Assembly: GCF_964355755.1 (NCBI RefSeq)
Contig: NC_092679.1
Coordinates: 16,971,432 to 17,035,431 of the forward strand
Length of the DNA stretch: 64,000 bases
Source: Antedon mediterranea
Lineage: Eukaryota > Animalia > Echinodermata
Direction of reading: 5' to 3'
Under the pieces are notes generated by a model. That model made no database searches. It had not been told where the DNA came from and saw nothing but the letters and a program-made list of their open reading frames with translations. The position numbers and the translations under genes are program-made. Positions 23,389-46,100 of this stretch are shown here, piece after piece. Numbering within the stretch: position 1 is the stretch's first letter; each line of letters starts with the position of its first letter.

Positions 23389-24242
23389 TTATTTCTTCCT
23401 ATAGTAATACAGATCGAAATATGAAGGATTACAAATATAACACATTGTTGGTGGTGGTGGTGGCGCAAAAATCGCATTTTTGTATGCCTGAGAATCTATC
23501 ATTCTTGCTGCTGCATTTGTAGGCCTACATGGTATACCATCTCGAACCAGCACAGACACTGCGACCCGTCGGGGTGCGATTGATTTCAGGCCGTCTTCTC
23601 CTCTAGATTTCTTTAGCTTGTAGCGATGATTCTGAAACCAGATTTTGACTTGTGTTGGAGTCAATTTGATGAGATTTGCCAGACAGTGACGCTCACTTGT
23701 CGACAGATATTTTTGCTGACAAAATCGCCTCTCCAGTTCGTCAGTCTGAGCTTTTGTAAAAACTATTCGTAGTTTACGTTTAGTTACTAATTTAGGTCTA
23801 ATTTTAGTAGGACTTGCCAAAAAACTACTGCTAGACTCGATATCAGATGCGTGAGTTTTCAATTCGTCTTTTTCTGAAACAATAACAAAAGTAAATGTCT
23901 AGACATGCTGTACATCTTGTTGAAGTAGAATTAAGCATCGACAAAGGAATTTTTTTGAAGATAATTTGCAATTTAATATTTTACGCTGAAAAATAACTGT
24001 ATTAGAAAGTGCTATATTATCGCTTCCATAATTTGTATTATACTAGTACAGATTGTATAGGGTAATCTTATTAATTCATACGTCTTTTAAAAGCGCGTTT
24101 GTTCACGTGATAGTAACTGTTCAATTGTATTTGCATTCTGTAACTTACCTTTGATCACCTGGCCGTAATCTTCAATAACAACACTCCTATTCCTCTCAGG
24201 TTTTAATATATCACTCACAGAAAAGGTAATGTGTTTGGTCAT
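23389..24242 (-). CDS. NK2-class homeobox protein (Nkx2.1/Nkx2.2 group), 2 exons, ~192 aa
   Basis: Exon 1 (24242-24149) encodes [15 protein letters not shown], a TN/eh1 motif. Exon 2 (23873-23389) encodes the homeodomain [58 protein letters not shown] (Tyr54) and the NK2-specific domain [16 protein letters not shown]. Confidence 0.92.
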
Positions 24243-25763
24243 ACTCTTTTCAAATTAAAATTACCCTGAAACGAACGTGTATAGGCCTATAAACAACATG
24301 ATAATTTGCTCAACTTAAAAACAAAGCAGAATCGGTCAAAATGTTCACATATGGCACTGGCACTTTGCCAGTCTAGGCCTCCTAAACTGACATTCTTTTG
24401 TTTTCAAACTTGAGCACACTCGGTGTTCCAATGTTTGCTAAATGTCACTAGTTGCCCAACTTCGGCAAACTGCAGAAAACAAGTTTGCCTACACTTTGGT
24501 GAAGTTTGTGTTAATAGAGTTTTACGAATATTATATAGGCATTCACTTAATAATAATAATAATTTACGAATCAGAAGAAAAAGAAATCATAAGCTTAAAA
24601 CAAACAAAGAAACCATACTGTGCTTTTTAAAATTCAAATCTTACACCAAGTTTCATGCAAGCGATTTTTTTGCTTGTGTTGCTAGGCCCTAACAAATTCA
24701 ATACAAATTAATCTGTAGTCTAGATTGAGACCGTGTTTCGATTTAATATTAGTAAAATTATGTATTATTGTTAGCCATAAAAAACTATAAATATTGATGC
24801 ACTACATTTAGACTATGTGTTAATGTTATTGGACTTTTAATAGTCATAAATGTATTATGTTTAACTGTTCAAATACAAAAACAAGCACGAATGTGCAATA
24901 CTCGGGTACAGCAAAAGAAGCTGTAATAACGTCATAAGACCGGATGTAACGTCACATACACATCAATAACCTCGCTACTAATAATAAAATTGCAGCCAAA
25001 GTCCGAATTATGCATACATGATACAAACAATAACAATCTTAAATTGATCAAATTGCATCTAAACCACTGAAATTGTTAACAAAAAACGTTTTAACAATGT
25101 ATTTGTTATACATTTGACTAGTATTTCTCATTAACAAAGCGCATAAGGTAAAACATTATTATTAGTATGGTTTTTTTAAACAAAATAATTTCTGTTTTCT
25201 ATAGGACAAACAAAACCATCTTTATAACAACTGAATAAAAGACGTACTTACTACAAAAATAACACCTAACCTACCTGATATATTATCATTCAACCAAAAC
25301 CAAGGAAAATAAATCGTAGGCCTACTGCTCTCAATGAACTTCGGAATGTAAGTAAGTTAGCAGTCTTTGTGTTATTTTAACGTACCATTATATATAATGA
25401 TACATGATTTTAATTATACAAATTATATAAAACATACAGAAAATCGATGATTTATAGACCTCATAAACTTAAAAAGGTATAGCTTGACTCGTAATAATTT
25501 TATAACTGATCATTATTCATTTTTAGGCGCCAATGAGTAGCTTAATTACATTCCCGTATATAGACAACATTTTCACACAAAAAAATTATCTGAATACATT
25601 GTTTCAATTTAACTGAAAACTTAATATGGGATGCCTTGTTTACCTACTAAAGTAAAAGCGATCCCTACACCGATGTTTCTGTTGTTTCTTTACCTTACCA
25701 AAATTAACTTCCGCGGCCATAAAAAGTAGTAGCCTATGCGCAAGGAATTCGAAGCCTATATTA

Positions 25764-25928
25764 AGCTCTGCCTATACAGTACTATCAAACTAGTTTGACA
25801 AAAAAGTGTGATGTGTCCAAATATGGTAGCGATATTCCCAAATATGGTAGTGATATGACATCATCATGTCCATATAAGGGCACATCACATGTTTTTGTCA
25901 CATAAATGTTGATAGTGTAGACAGAGCA
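25764..25928. mobile_element. MITE family C, TTA TSD
   Basis: TTA|agctctgcctatac..atcaaact...ttgatagtgtagacagagca|TTA. Confidence 0.82.
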
Positions 25929-26163
25929 TTATTAGTTAACAACGTAAACATTGAGAACATTTTGAATGAACTCAACAGTTGGGTCTATTGTAGCAGGCGT
26001 CTTTCACACACGTCTTTCGGCACGGTTCCGGTCCGGTGCCGCCAAATTGAACGCCAATGTTTCGTTTTCCCTCGATTGATTGGCGCATAGCCACGTGAAG
26101 CGCGTCGTGAAAACGAAAAATGGGCGTTAGATTAGGTCTAGGCCTATAAAATAGAATTACATA

Positions 26164-26331
26164 GAGCTCCGTCTACACTACCAAACTTTATTTGACAAAA
26201 AAAGTGTGATGTGCACATATATGGACATGATGATTAGGCCTACATATCACTACCATGTTTGTGCATATCACTTCCATATTTGGGCACATCAAACTTTTTT
26301 TGGAAACTAGTTTGATAGTGTGGACAGATCT
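26164..26331. mobile_element. MITE family C, opposite orientation to the 25764 copy
   Basis: agctccgtctacactaccaaact...agtttgatagtgtggacagatct. Confidence 0.8.
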
Positions 26332-26581
26332 TAAGGTGGATCATTCAAATTGGGTCATTATTTCTGAATTCTATTTTAGGCCTAATGATAAGCTTAAAAG
26401 TTGTCATTATTTTATTACGGAAGAACATCGATTACTACCCGCACAAGGATGATCCACGGAGAGCTTAATAAATCAGTCATGCCAACCAATAAAAAAAATA
26501 GCCTACTTCATATAGATTTAAACTTTTTAAAACATAATGATATGTATCTATAAATATATAGAAAAAAAACAACAGAATAAA

Positions 26582-26736
26582 TTCGAAACCGCCCGGTGAT
26601 ATGAATGTTAATTCATTTTGAAACGATAAAAGATTAGGAAAGCTATGAGAATGTGGAAAGCCGCATCCGAGATTCGAACCCGAAACCTGCTACTGTATGA
26701 AGATGTCCTAACCATTAGACCACTGGGGCTTTCATT
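26582..26736 (-). mobile_element. tRNA-headed dispersed repeat (SINE-like)
   Basis: Reverse complement reads gccccagtggtctaatggttagg...gggttcgaatctcgg...ttatcgtttcaaaa..atcaccgggcggttt, matching 35786-35945. Confidence 0.75.
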
Positions 26737-27557
26737 GAAGGCCTTTTGGCGTGGTGTACGGCGAAGAGTTCTCATTATTATTAAATTTACAGTTGAATCT
26801 CCCCGTAAGCGGTCACATCTCGTAAGCGGCCGCGGCCACCTTTTTTACTATTTACCTTTTTATATTGTTTGTTTGGTAAAAAACCTCCCTTAAGTGGACG
26901 TATATACAATTTTGATAATTATTGTTACTTTTGCTTTCGAAGCTTGTGTGCAAAATCTTTTTGTTTGATTTATCAGGCGTTTGATTGAATTAATTATTAT
27001 CTGATTATTCTTGCACATATTATCTATTAGGCCTACTTGAAAGTAAATAAATAGATAAATATACGACTAGGCCTGGTATTGTATTGTAACAGATTTTTTC
27101 TTTTTTCCCCCAATATTTTCAAGAAATACCGAAAATCTGTTCACTTCATTAGTTAGGCACTTTCGGCTTTCCATACTATAAACATTACATAATTGTTTTT
27201 CAGTTTATTACATAAGTTTATAACAAGGCGTCAAACAACGTTCGACTGCATTGATGTTGTTGTTGATTAAAATATAGGCCTATTAGGCATTTGGTAGTGC
27301 GTAAGAAGTATCAATCAAATACCAAATATTTTCAGTTATGATAACAAAAGTTAAGTATTTGTAAAATTAGCCAGTCGATTTAGGCCTATCGTGTCTGTGA
27401 AACGGATCGCGGGGTGTGGACTGCATGAGATAGAGACCCATAGAGACTCGGTCGGACATGATAAACAACATCATAGCTGCCTAGCCTAAACTCGACAAAA
27501 AAGCCAACGTTTTATAGGCATAGGAGACTGTTTTTCATATATTATTATGTCTTTATC

Positions 27558-36332
<8,775 letters not shown>

Positions 36333-36443
36333 GGTAGCGAGATTAGTTATGGGTTTTCATTTACTGTATGGTTTGCCTTGTTTAACATTAATAATAACAT
36401 CAACACTGAAATGAATTGAAAACCAGACTATAACAATGCCCAT

Positions 36444-36683
36444 AGCTGCTTTCACACTGCGGCCGGATTTCGTCTGGTGCCCTGAGAAAAAGATCGCGGA
36501 AAATGGGTTCAATGGTAAAGCATAGGATCGTTCACAACAAATTCGTACGATTTGAATCTGTACTCGATTCGGGCTCCGAATTTGTAGCGATGGATGTAGA
36601 AGTCATTTGTTTTCTGAAATCGTACGATTTTTTTCTTTCGTCCAATCAGCAGGGCCGAATCCGTGCGCGATGTGAAAGTAGCT
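36444..36683. mobile_element. MITE family E in the probable LONRF 3' UTR
   Basis: agctgctttcaca..cggattt ... aatccg..tgtgaaagtagct|TTA; partial relative at ~50450-50495. Confidence 0.7.
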
Positions 36684-36817
36684 TTAATCAATTAATTGTT
36701 GTTGTACAGCAAGGATTCAAATAGTACTTTCCTACAGGATGTGGGTTTCATAGGACTTTAGGATATAGCTAATAGAAATATACTGTATTACTGTATATAT
36801 TTATCATAGAACTTTTT

Positions 36818-37432
36818 ATAGGTATCCTACAAGAGTTTCCTAGGATATAGGTATCCTACAAGACTTTCATATAGGTATTCGTTTCGTTTATTTTTCCACT
36901 CACTTATATAGATAATGTAAAGGTATCCTACAAGACTTTCATATAGGTATCCTACAAGACTTTCCTAGGATATAGGTATCCTACAAGACTTTCCTAGGAT
37001 ATAGGTATCCTACAAGACTTTCCTAGGATATAGGTATCCTACAAGACTTTCCTAGGATATAGGTATCCTACAAGACTTTTTTAGGATATAGGTATCCTAC
37101 AAGACTTTCCTAGGATATAGGTATCCTAGGACATAGGTATCCTACAAAACTTTTCTAGAATATAGGTATCCTACAAGTCATTCCTAGGATATAGGTATCC
37201 TACAAAACTTTCCAAGGATATAGGTATCCTACAAGATTTTCCTAGGACATAGGTATCCTACAAGACTTTCCTACGATAGTTATCCTACAAGAATTTTCCT
37301 AAGATATACTGTATGTAGGTATCCTACAAGACTTTCCTAGGGTATAGGTATCCTACAAGACTTTCCTATGATATAGATATCCTACAAGACTTTCCTATGA
37401 TATAGATATCCTACAAGACTTTCCTATAGGTA
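36818..37432. repeat. Minisatellite, 29-bp unit (ataggtatcctacaagactttcctaggat), ~18-20 copies
   Basis: Directly visible tandem array with one interruption near 36880-36920. Confidence 0.95.
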
Positions 37433-38062
37433 TACATACTTTATAATTTTATATTATTGTTATCGATCAATATCAATGCATTTTTAATATTATTATCTTA
37501 ATGTATATAATATCGAGAGATTTTTTTTAACAAACCAAAGATAGAAATAACTATACAGTATGTATTAGAGTTAGAATAAAAAAACATGTACTTTAGTTAG
37601 AATCAAAGGTACTATTTATTCCTCTGTATTATTATAATTGATACTAATATTATTTATTATTATAACCATTCATGAATCAATACAAGATTATTATTTATAA
37701 TACATTAATTAATAGTTAGTTAGAATCAAAGGTACTATTAATATTTAGTCATATTCTGTATTAATATAATTGATACTAATATTATTTATTATTATAACCA
37801 TTCATGAATCAATACAAGACACATTAATTAATAATTCAATCCCTTGTCGTGTTTATTACTAATCATTCGAAAAGGATAATCAATAAAGGATAATCAATAA
37901 ATGATAATCAATATTGAAAATAAAAATGCTGTATGAATTTGCCATTTTTAATTTCATTATAAATATTTCCTGAAGAAATTTATTTTTATTAAGCCGTTTG
38001 ATAACATATTCCCGGGTTAGATTCGAACCCACTACCTCTAACTTACAGGACGAGCATTGTCT

Positions 38063-38922
38063 AACAAACAATCAATATTAAAGCAACAAACAATCGATAT
38101 TACGGCAACAAACAATCGATATTACGGCAACAAACAATCGATATTACGGCAACAAACAATCGATATTACGGCAACAAACAATCGATATTACGGCAACAAA
38201 CAATCGATATTACGGCAACAAACAATCGATATTACGGCAACAAACAATCGATATTACGGCAACAAACAATCGATATTACGGCAACAAACAATCGATATTA
38301 CGGCAACAAACAATCGATATTACGGCAACAAACAATCGATATTACGGCAACAAACAATCGATATTACGGCAACAAACAATCGATATTACGGCAACAAACA
38401 ATCGATATTACGGCAACAAACAATCGATATTACGGCAACAAACAATCAATATTACGGCAACAAACAATCAATATTACGGCAACAAACAATCAATATTACG
38501 GCAACAAACAATCAATATTACGGCAACAAACAATCAATATTAAGGCAACAAACAATCAATATTAAGGCAACAAACAATCGATATTAAGGCAACAAACAAT
38601 CGATATTACGGCAACAAACAATCGATATTACGGCAACAAACAATCGATATTAAGGCAACAAACAATCGATATTATGGCAACAAACAATCGATATTAAGGC
38701 AACAAACAATCGATATTAAGGCAACAAACAATCGATATTAAGGCAACAAACAATCAATGTTAAGGCAACAAACAATCGATATTAAGGCAACAAACAATCG
38801 ATATTAAGGCAACAAACAATCAATATTAAGGCAACAAACAATCAATATTAAGGCAACAAACAATCAATATTAAGGCAACAAACAATCAATATTAAGGCAA
38901 CAAACAATATTAAGGCAACAAT
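38063..38922. repeat. Minisatellite, 22-bp unit (gcaacaaacaatcgatattacg), ~39 copies
   Basis: Directly visible; the 22-aa periodicity of ORF 38057-38587 equals three 22-nt units. Confidence 0.97.
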
Positions 38923-39322
38923 CAATTAATAATATCTAAATACATGTGTATTATGTACAATTATTTCTTTTTTGAAAAAATAAACATTAAATTGATATGT
39001 GAATACGTAAGTTATAATGTTACGTTAAATAGTTGGTACGGTTAAACAATCTTACACGTAGGCCTATATACAGATTATATTTTATTATTTATTAGATGAC
39101 TACCATAGGCGGAAAAGCATAAGAGAATAGATAATTATAGTAAATAAATATTGTATTTTTAAAAATACTTAATATTGGTTTTTCAATTTCCAAGTGTCGC
39201 TTCAATTTAAATGATTTATAAATTTAATTCTTATTTTTATGGACAAAATGTGTATCGAATAATTCAGGCCTATAGACATTTTCACCAAGAAAAATAATTA
39301 GACCGAAATATACCTCCAAACA

Positions 39323-39479
39323 AGCCCTGTCTATGCTATCAAACTTTATGTGACAAAAAAATGTGATGGATATATGGACATGATGATGTCATTTCACTAC
39401 AATATTTGGGCTTATCAATACCATATTTGGGCACATCACAATTTTTTTGTTGAACTAGTTTGATAGTGTAGACAGAGCC
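39323..39479. mobile_element. MITE family C
   Basis: agccctgtctatgctatcaaact...agtttgatagtgtagacagagcc. Confidence 0.8.
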
Positions 39480-39995
39480 TATCTGTGTATACAAAATATA
39501 TATGTTAACATATCATTAAGATTAATGTTTTCTTTATAATTTAAAGCTATATTTATGGTTTTAAATTTCTGATAAATAAATTAACAAGTTAAAAAATCTA
39601 TATTCTTACGATACGATACGATATGAGGAAAGTGTATTGCAATTTCAAAATACATTAAAATTGAAGTTTAACCAAATAAATTATGTAAAAAGATATAAAT
39701 TGTTCTTCATCTGTTTAACTTTAAGCGTAATTCAGAGGAAAAAACGTAACGTAATTATAGCGTAGCCTACCTACGTCAACGTGATTTCTGTTCTGTTGTT
39801 GAACAGACAACCATCGGGTAAGTTTGGTTCCCACTACTAGAGACTCACGGAAGATTTGACCAATCACAAGCGATGGATTATTCGAACTGTCGTTTGTGAT
39901 TGGTCAAATTATCTTTTCTAAACTCCACTGGGTTTGATTCTTATTCTCACTGTATATACCTATTTATACATGGTCTTAAAACAGATAAAGACTTA

Positions 39996-40157
39996 AGCTC
40001 TGTCTACACTATCAAACTAGTTTGACAAAATAAGCGTGATGATATACCTAAATATGGTAGTGATATGCCAAAATATGGTAGTGATATGACATCATCAGGT
40101 CCATATATGGGCACTTCACATTTTTGTCACATAAAGATTGATAGCGTAGACAGAGCT
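39996..40157. mobile_element. MITE family C, opposite orientation to the 39323 copy
   Basis: TTA|agctctgtctacactatcaa...ttgatagcgtagacagagct. Confidence 0.85.
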
Positions 40158-40964
40158 TAGGTCTAACCACATTCAAATTGTTCTCCGTATGCGAAATGGA
40201 CTGAAATTAAACTAATCCAAACTTGCTTGAGCGATTTACCTCGATAATATAAGGCAAATTTTTTTCTTAATGTCTTATATACCTACTGTATGATAGAGAG
40301 GGAAATGGACAGACCAGGCAAGTCCCGGGACAGACAGACAGACAGCACATAATGTTTTTTGGCTGACAGACAAGCCAACTTCCCCTATTGCAAATGATGT
40401 GATGTGTCAAAAAAAGCTTTTCAACGACACAACATCATTAATCAATTAAACAAGCAAGTGCTGATCGAATTGCTTGGATGTAGGGACTTATCTATGCAAG
40501 TATTGTATTATCCCAACTCCCTCATTATAAGCTTATTAGATATTATTTTGTATTTTGTGCTTTTTAATTTCTTTCAAATTAAAGTAATAATCTAAGTTTA
40601 ACTTTATTAACAAATAATTACAATATGAACTTTTAGATACGGACAGAAAGAAACAGACGCGCCTATTTTATTGTAATTTTCAGGCATACATTTTCATTTT
40701 AAGTCCATGCCTCCACTTAATGTATCACTGACTGAACACCGAGTCGAATCATTTTAAATATTTGAAAAGACATGACTTACCATTCTTTGTGTTCTGAGCG
40801 TATGTCCGACTTCCCAAGGAAAACTTTTCTTCATTGCAAAACAACGTTTAATTAAACAAAAAACGCATGAAAGGTACGATTTAGCAGGAACAGTAAATTC
40901 GTAAGTTCAGAGCACTGGTATCAACAATGATTCCTTCACGACTGGTAAGATCGAAAACATGTTA

Positions 40965-41440
40965 ATTACGTAATAATACACCTGGAAATTACGTCACATA
41001 CCACCTAAATATACAAGTGTATCCCTACGGCAATTAGTTTATTTGTACGTAATAATACACCTGCAAATTACGTCACACATCACCTAAATGTACAAGTGTA
41101 TCCCTACGCCAATTTGTTTATTTGTACGTAATAATACACCTGCAAATTACGTCCCACACCACCTAAATGTACAAGTGTATCCCTACGCCAATTAGTTTAT
41201 TTGTACGTAATAATACACCTGGAAATTACGTCACACACCACCTAAATATACAAGTGTATCCCTACGGCAATTAGTTTATTTGTACGTAATAATACACCTG
41301 GAAATTACGTCACACACCACCTAAATGTACAAGTGTATCCCTACGCCAATTAGTTTATTTGTACGTAATAATACACCTGGAAATTACGTCACACATCACC
41401 TAAATGTACAAGTGTATCCCTACGCCAATTAGTTTATTTG
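40965..41440. repeat. Minisatellite, 79-bp unit, 6 copies
   Basis: acgtaataatacacctg.aaattacgtcac...caagtgtatccctacg.caattagtttatttg recurs at 40968, 41047, 41126, 41205, 41284 and 41363. Confidence 0.96.
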
Positions 41441-43055
41441 AATTTAAATACCGTATTTATTCTAATAACTCCCCAGTCGTTTATTTTTCAGGGGGAGTTT
41501 ATTTGAGGGAGTTATTAGGGGGAGGCGTTTATTTTTTTCAAGGTAATATGGCAACATGTATAAATACAAATAAATACCCCATATATTAAAAAAAACAATA
41601 ATAATATAATAAGTGATAATTGTTTTGTAACTATTGTGGAGTACGGTAGCTTTGCGTCAGGGTGTTGAGTAATTGGTAATTGGTCAGGTTTCTGACCAAG
41701 AAGTGATAAAATACAGTAAAATTGCTTGGTAAATTGTAGATCATCAATGAATTATTCTACTACAAATAGAAATGTGTTGTAATACAATATTGTGCATATA
41801 TGCATGGGTCGGGCCATTCGAGGTAAACAAATATGTTAGTACATTAGCCACCATCCATTGGTCAATTCTAAAAATAGATCATTAATAACACAGACACAGC
41901 ACACGTTATAACTGACGTATCTTTATTACTGTAGTTAACACATAAGTTAAGAATTTGCTATTGTCATGGCGACAATCTTCATAATCAAGATTTTCTATAT
42001 GTCCTATCAACATTACCTAGTACTGATAATCGATACCAATCGATAATCGATGCATACCAAACATCATCATTATTATAGTAAAACTGCTTGAAATAACGGT
42101 TTACCGCAATCTAATTAAAATTGTAAATTTTAAATATACAATGTTATTCAAATAATATTAAAATTTTTACATTGATTATTCTGATTACAAAATATATTGT
42201 TTTAAAACCCATATAATGGTTAACCTTTTAATAGAAATAGTATTTCAGTCTATCTACAGTTTGTTTTAAAAACATACAGTATATCAATGTTAACCTTTTA
42301 GCTCCATTCAGTACAGCAATCTGTAGTTTTTACTTACAAAATCATATTATTGCCGTAAGGCGCCAGAAATAATACAAATTTTCAATTCTTACTTCTTTAG
42401 TATGTCTGGGTAATTTTCTTTTTTTTTAAAAAAGTATTTCAGTAGACTAAACTAGATTTTGCATGTTCAAATTACAGTTCCTATTTGTCATGTCCATACA
42501 GCCTCTATGTGTTCTCCTTAAATGACAACAGTGCTGTAATACTCTAATTACAATTAAAACAAAAACAATACAAATTTAAAAGATATACTTAATAATGGTT
42601 TCCAATTGTACATGACCGAATTGTGTACTGGGAATACATTCTTTATTCCTAGTAGAATACTTGTTTTAAAACCCAAGAACACAACAATTTAAGAAAGAAT
42701 TAAGAACCTCAGCTACATAAGTGTGATCAACCCATGTGCGACTATACTCAAATGAGAAAAAGGAAGATGATATGATGAAGAATCAGGGATCTAGTGGGCT
42801 GCGAACCAATAGAAATGTTATGTTTTTTTTTTGTTTCTTGTTGAGAACCATTTTTTGTTTGTTTTTGGAAATGAAATAATAATAATAAGAAGAAGAAATG
42901 TTATATCTATGGATAACCTGCACTGGGTTAGACTAGGGGGGTGGGGAGGGGCGATTGTCGCATGAGGTTGTGGAAAACACAAAAGAATTCTCTCTCAGCT
43001 TGTGGTGAGGTTTTTTATTACACTTGGACATGAATCATCTTGGTTTTAAGAATAA

Positions 43056-43172
43056 AGTTCTGTCTGCACTACCAAACTTTATGAGACAAAAAATATATAT
43101 GCAGACACGATGATGTTATATCACTACCATATTTGGGTACACTTTTTTGTGTCAAATAGTGTAGACAGAGCT
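43056..43172. mobile_element. MITE family C (decayed), just 3' of the HAAO stop
   Basis: agttctgtctgcactaccaaact...tagtgtagacagagct. Confidence 0.7.
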
Positions 43173-43195
43173 TTAAAAATGCCAGGAGCCATTTG

Positions 43196-46100
43196 TTAGT
43201 TCTCCGGTTTCTTTTTCTTTGTTGGATCCTGGATGCAAACAAGACAAAGAGAATCCTCTTCCAGTTTCAAAGTGCATCTGTAAATACAAGAGAAATATGG
43301 TATAACATATCACCATGCAGTGGTATGAGTAGAGTAGTTAAAAATGGCCATCAAGGGTTTGGGTTCAAATCCTCAAACAATTTCGATGGCAATCAGAGCA
43401 TGGATCAGAATGATCTGAGACACTATATTCAAATAAGGTTGATTGATTGAATTTATTCGGTTCATACATAAAATACATTTTAAAATGGCACAGAAAACAT
43501 AGGAATACATCATTGTTAAAACAAACACCAGAAAAATATCACAAAAAAAACAGATGACGTCAAGCAAGGGAAACAGAACAAAATGAACCAAGGATAATTA
43601 GATAAAGTTTTACATTTTCAGTGTAACTTATTTCCATCTAAGTCCTTACGTACATTTAACTGAGACAAAATGTAGACATCATTAATTATAGTTATTTTAG
43701 CAATAATAAATGCAATTATTTTAAGTAAAAATATATATAAGAACATTTTGATACATCGCATTCTTAAAATATTCTTTGACTTTGTGTTTAAACAGCTTAG
43801 TAGAGGTTGTGGCCTTAATGCAATCTGGAAGAGAATTCCAGTTTTTTATTCCATTATAATAGAAGCTGGTTTGTCCAACACCATTTAGGCGAGGGATTTG
43901 AAAGTTATGTTTTCTGGACATTATGCACAATAAAGGAAGACGATGAAAAAAAATGGTAGTGGTAGGCATTTTTATGGCAATAGAAGTTTGAGTAGAGTTT
44001 GTAGGTCCTGGGTTCAAATCCTCGAAGAGCACTCTTCCATTTTCCAATGCTGTGGGTATCAACGATTGGATCTCAATAGAGATACAAATAAAATAAGCAA
44101 AAACAACATTAAAACAGTAAACTGGGACAGAAAGAATAGGGCAAGCTTTTAGAAAATAAAAACAAGACATTCTCAAATATTATCTTACTTTTCGCCAACC
44201 GGTACCAGTACACTGTCGTCTTTATTCAGCTCAAGTTTCTTTAGTTTTTCCTTTCCGACAGAAGCATCACATTTTCCTTCCTGCAATTTGAACAAATGTA
44301 AATTTAACAGAAATAAAATTCTCTTTAAATCCAAGTATAATGCATCTTGTAAGCTCTGTCTACACTATCAAACTTTATGACAACAAAATGTGCCCATATA
44401 TGGACATGATGATGTAGTATCACTACCAAATTTGGACATATCACTACCATATTTGGGCACATTGCCATGGTTGCAAAGCTAGGACTACTTTAGATTTGCT
44501 AGTTGTAGAGCAGCATCACCTATTAGGCAAAATCGCAGAATAAGGTCTATTCACGAATGGTTTACAAGGGGTGGGGGGGGGGGGGTAATACTTAGTAACT
44601 CTTGACAGATCCTGGCTACGGCCCTGGTATACAGATAGTTAATATAAAAACCAGATGAAAAAATTTTTCGGAAAAATTTGAAATATAAATTACCAATTGC
44701 AAACACCATGTTCCAGCAACTTCGGATGTGATTAACGCTTCTCCTGCACCATAAACTCTAACCTAAAATATAATTAATATAAGTTATTTATGGTAATTAC
44801 AAATTAGAAGTATTGCAAGGCCTCCAGGGTCGGTGAAGATGTGACTTTGTAGCAAAGATGATCCTCTGATTACAGTAGGCCTAAAAGTTGCAGGGGCGGT
44901 CGCAGGACTATTCTAAGGGAGTTGCCCCAAGAGTCCAGGGCTGTAGACACTGGGTATTTGACCCACAGCTGGCCCCTATTTCTTTAAAACTTTAAGGTAG
45001 GGCCCTTGGACCCACCTATAAAGGAGTACCCCTCTATGTCAGCTTATTTCACTTACACTGAATTGATTTTCTTCATCCCACAAAGTCTTGTAACCCCATT
45101 TTTTTATTTCTGTCAAATTTTCCGCAATCCATTCTTTTAAGTTAAATGGTGACTGTAGTTCTCGTTTTGTGTCTATTTTCACAGGTGGGTTTTCAGGAAT
45201 AGTGCCTGAAAAAGACAATACAGTAAGTGGACATGAATGAAATGACATGCTTTGATGGGTCTTTAAAGGGGTCCTCTTAATAGGTGTTCTACTGTATGCG
45301 TATATTGTATACAAACCTGGTATTGGCTTCCCAGTCTTGAACTGCTCAGATGCGAAGAAGCGTTTGATTATTGGCGCTAGCTGACTTCCAAGATCACCAC
45401 AATGAAACCACTCTTCATATAAGGACTCTGTTGTGCCGTCTACAAAATATCTGTTAAATTACAATTGATTGATTTAATAACCATTACACCTGCATTGGGG
45501 GACACCTTCACAATCTTACAAAGTGTCCCTTTAATTCTTTAAATTTCTCTGAACATGAATTGACCATATTATGTTAAACATAATATATTGCCAATTGTTT
45601 CATTCACAGGAAAGTTTCCTCTTATTAATAGAAGGGACACTAAGGGTTATACTGTAAAATATATTGAGTCAACATTAGACATTCGATTTGATTACATTCA
45701 CTTGTAAAAATCCATACAAAAATGATTACAATACAGTATATAAACAAATCATTAACATAAATTAACATAATTAACGATGACCTGACCTCAAACCATCTTT
45801 TTCGTCGTCTGCTCTCTCTCGTTCTACTACCAGACCTACTGTGTCTTTTTCACGCTGAGGTGAATGAGGAATAAATGCTGGTAACAAGAACACCTGAGTA
45901 AAAGGTAATTAATAATATTTCATTATTTTTCATATATTTCAATATTTTATACTATATGGCAAGGTTTCCACATCTTTACAAGCCCTTGCAAGTTTCTGTA
46001 CAGTGGAATTTTTTTATCTTTAATTTGTGTATATTTTGATTATTTTTCCAAAAAAGTATGGAAAATATATTTAAATAATGTATTATTATTATAGTAGGAT

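Noticed and set aside
23389-23862. Calling the homeobox gene NK4/Nkx2.5 because of linkage to FGFR
   Set aside because: The homeodomain has [16 protein letters not shown] (Nkx2.1/2.2 type), not the NK4-type QNRRYKCK.
38057-38587. 176-aa repetitive ORF, and a CRISPR-like appearance of the arrays
   Set aside because: It is a read-through of a 22-bp minisatellite. None of the arrays has unique spacers, and no cas genes are present in this eukaryotic DNA.
43721-44176. 151-aa ORF as a nested gene
   Set aside because: Only the C-terminal part is protein-like, and it is a LINE ORF2 remnant in an HAAO intron.
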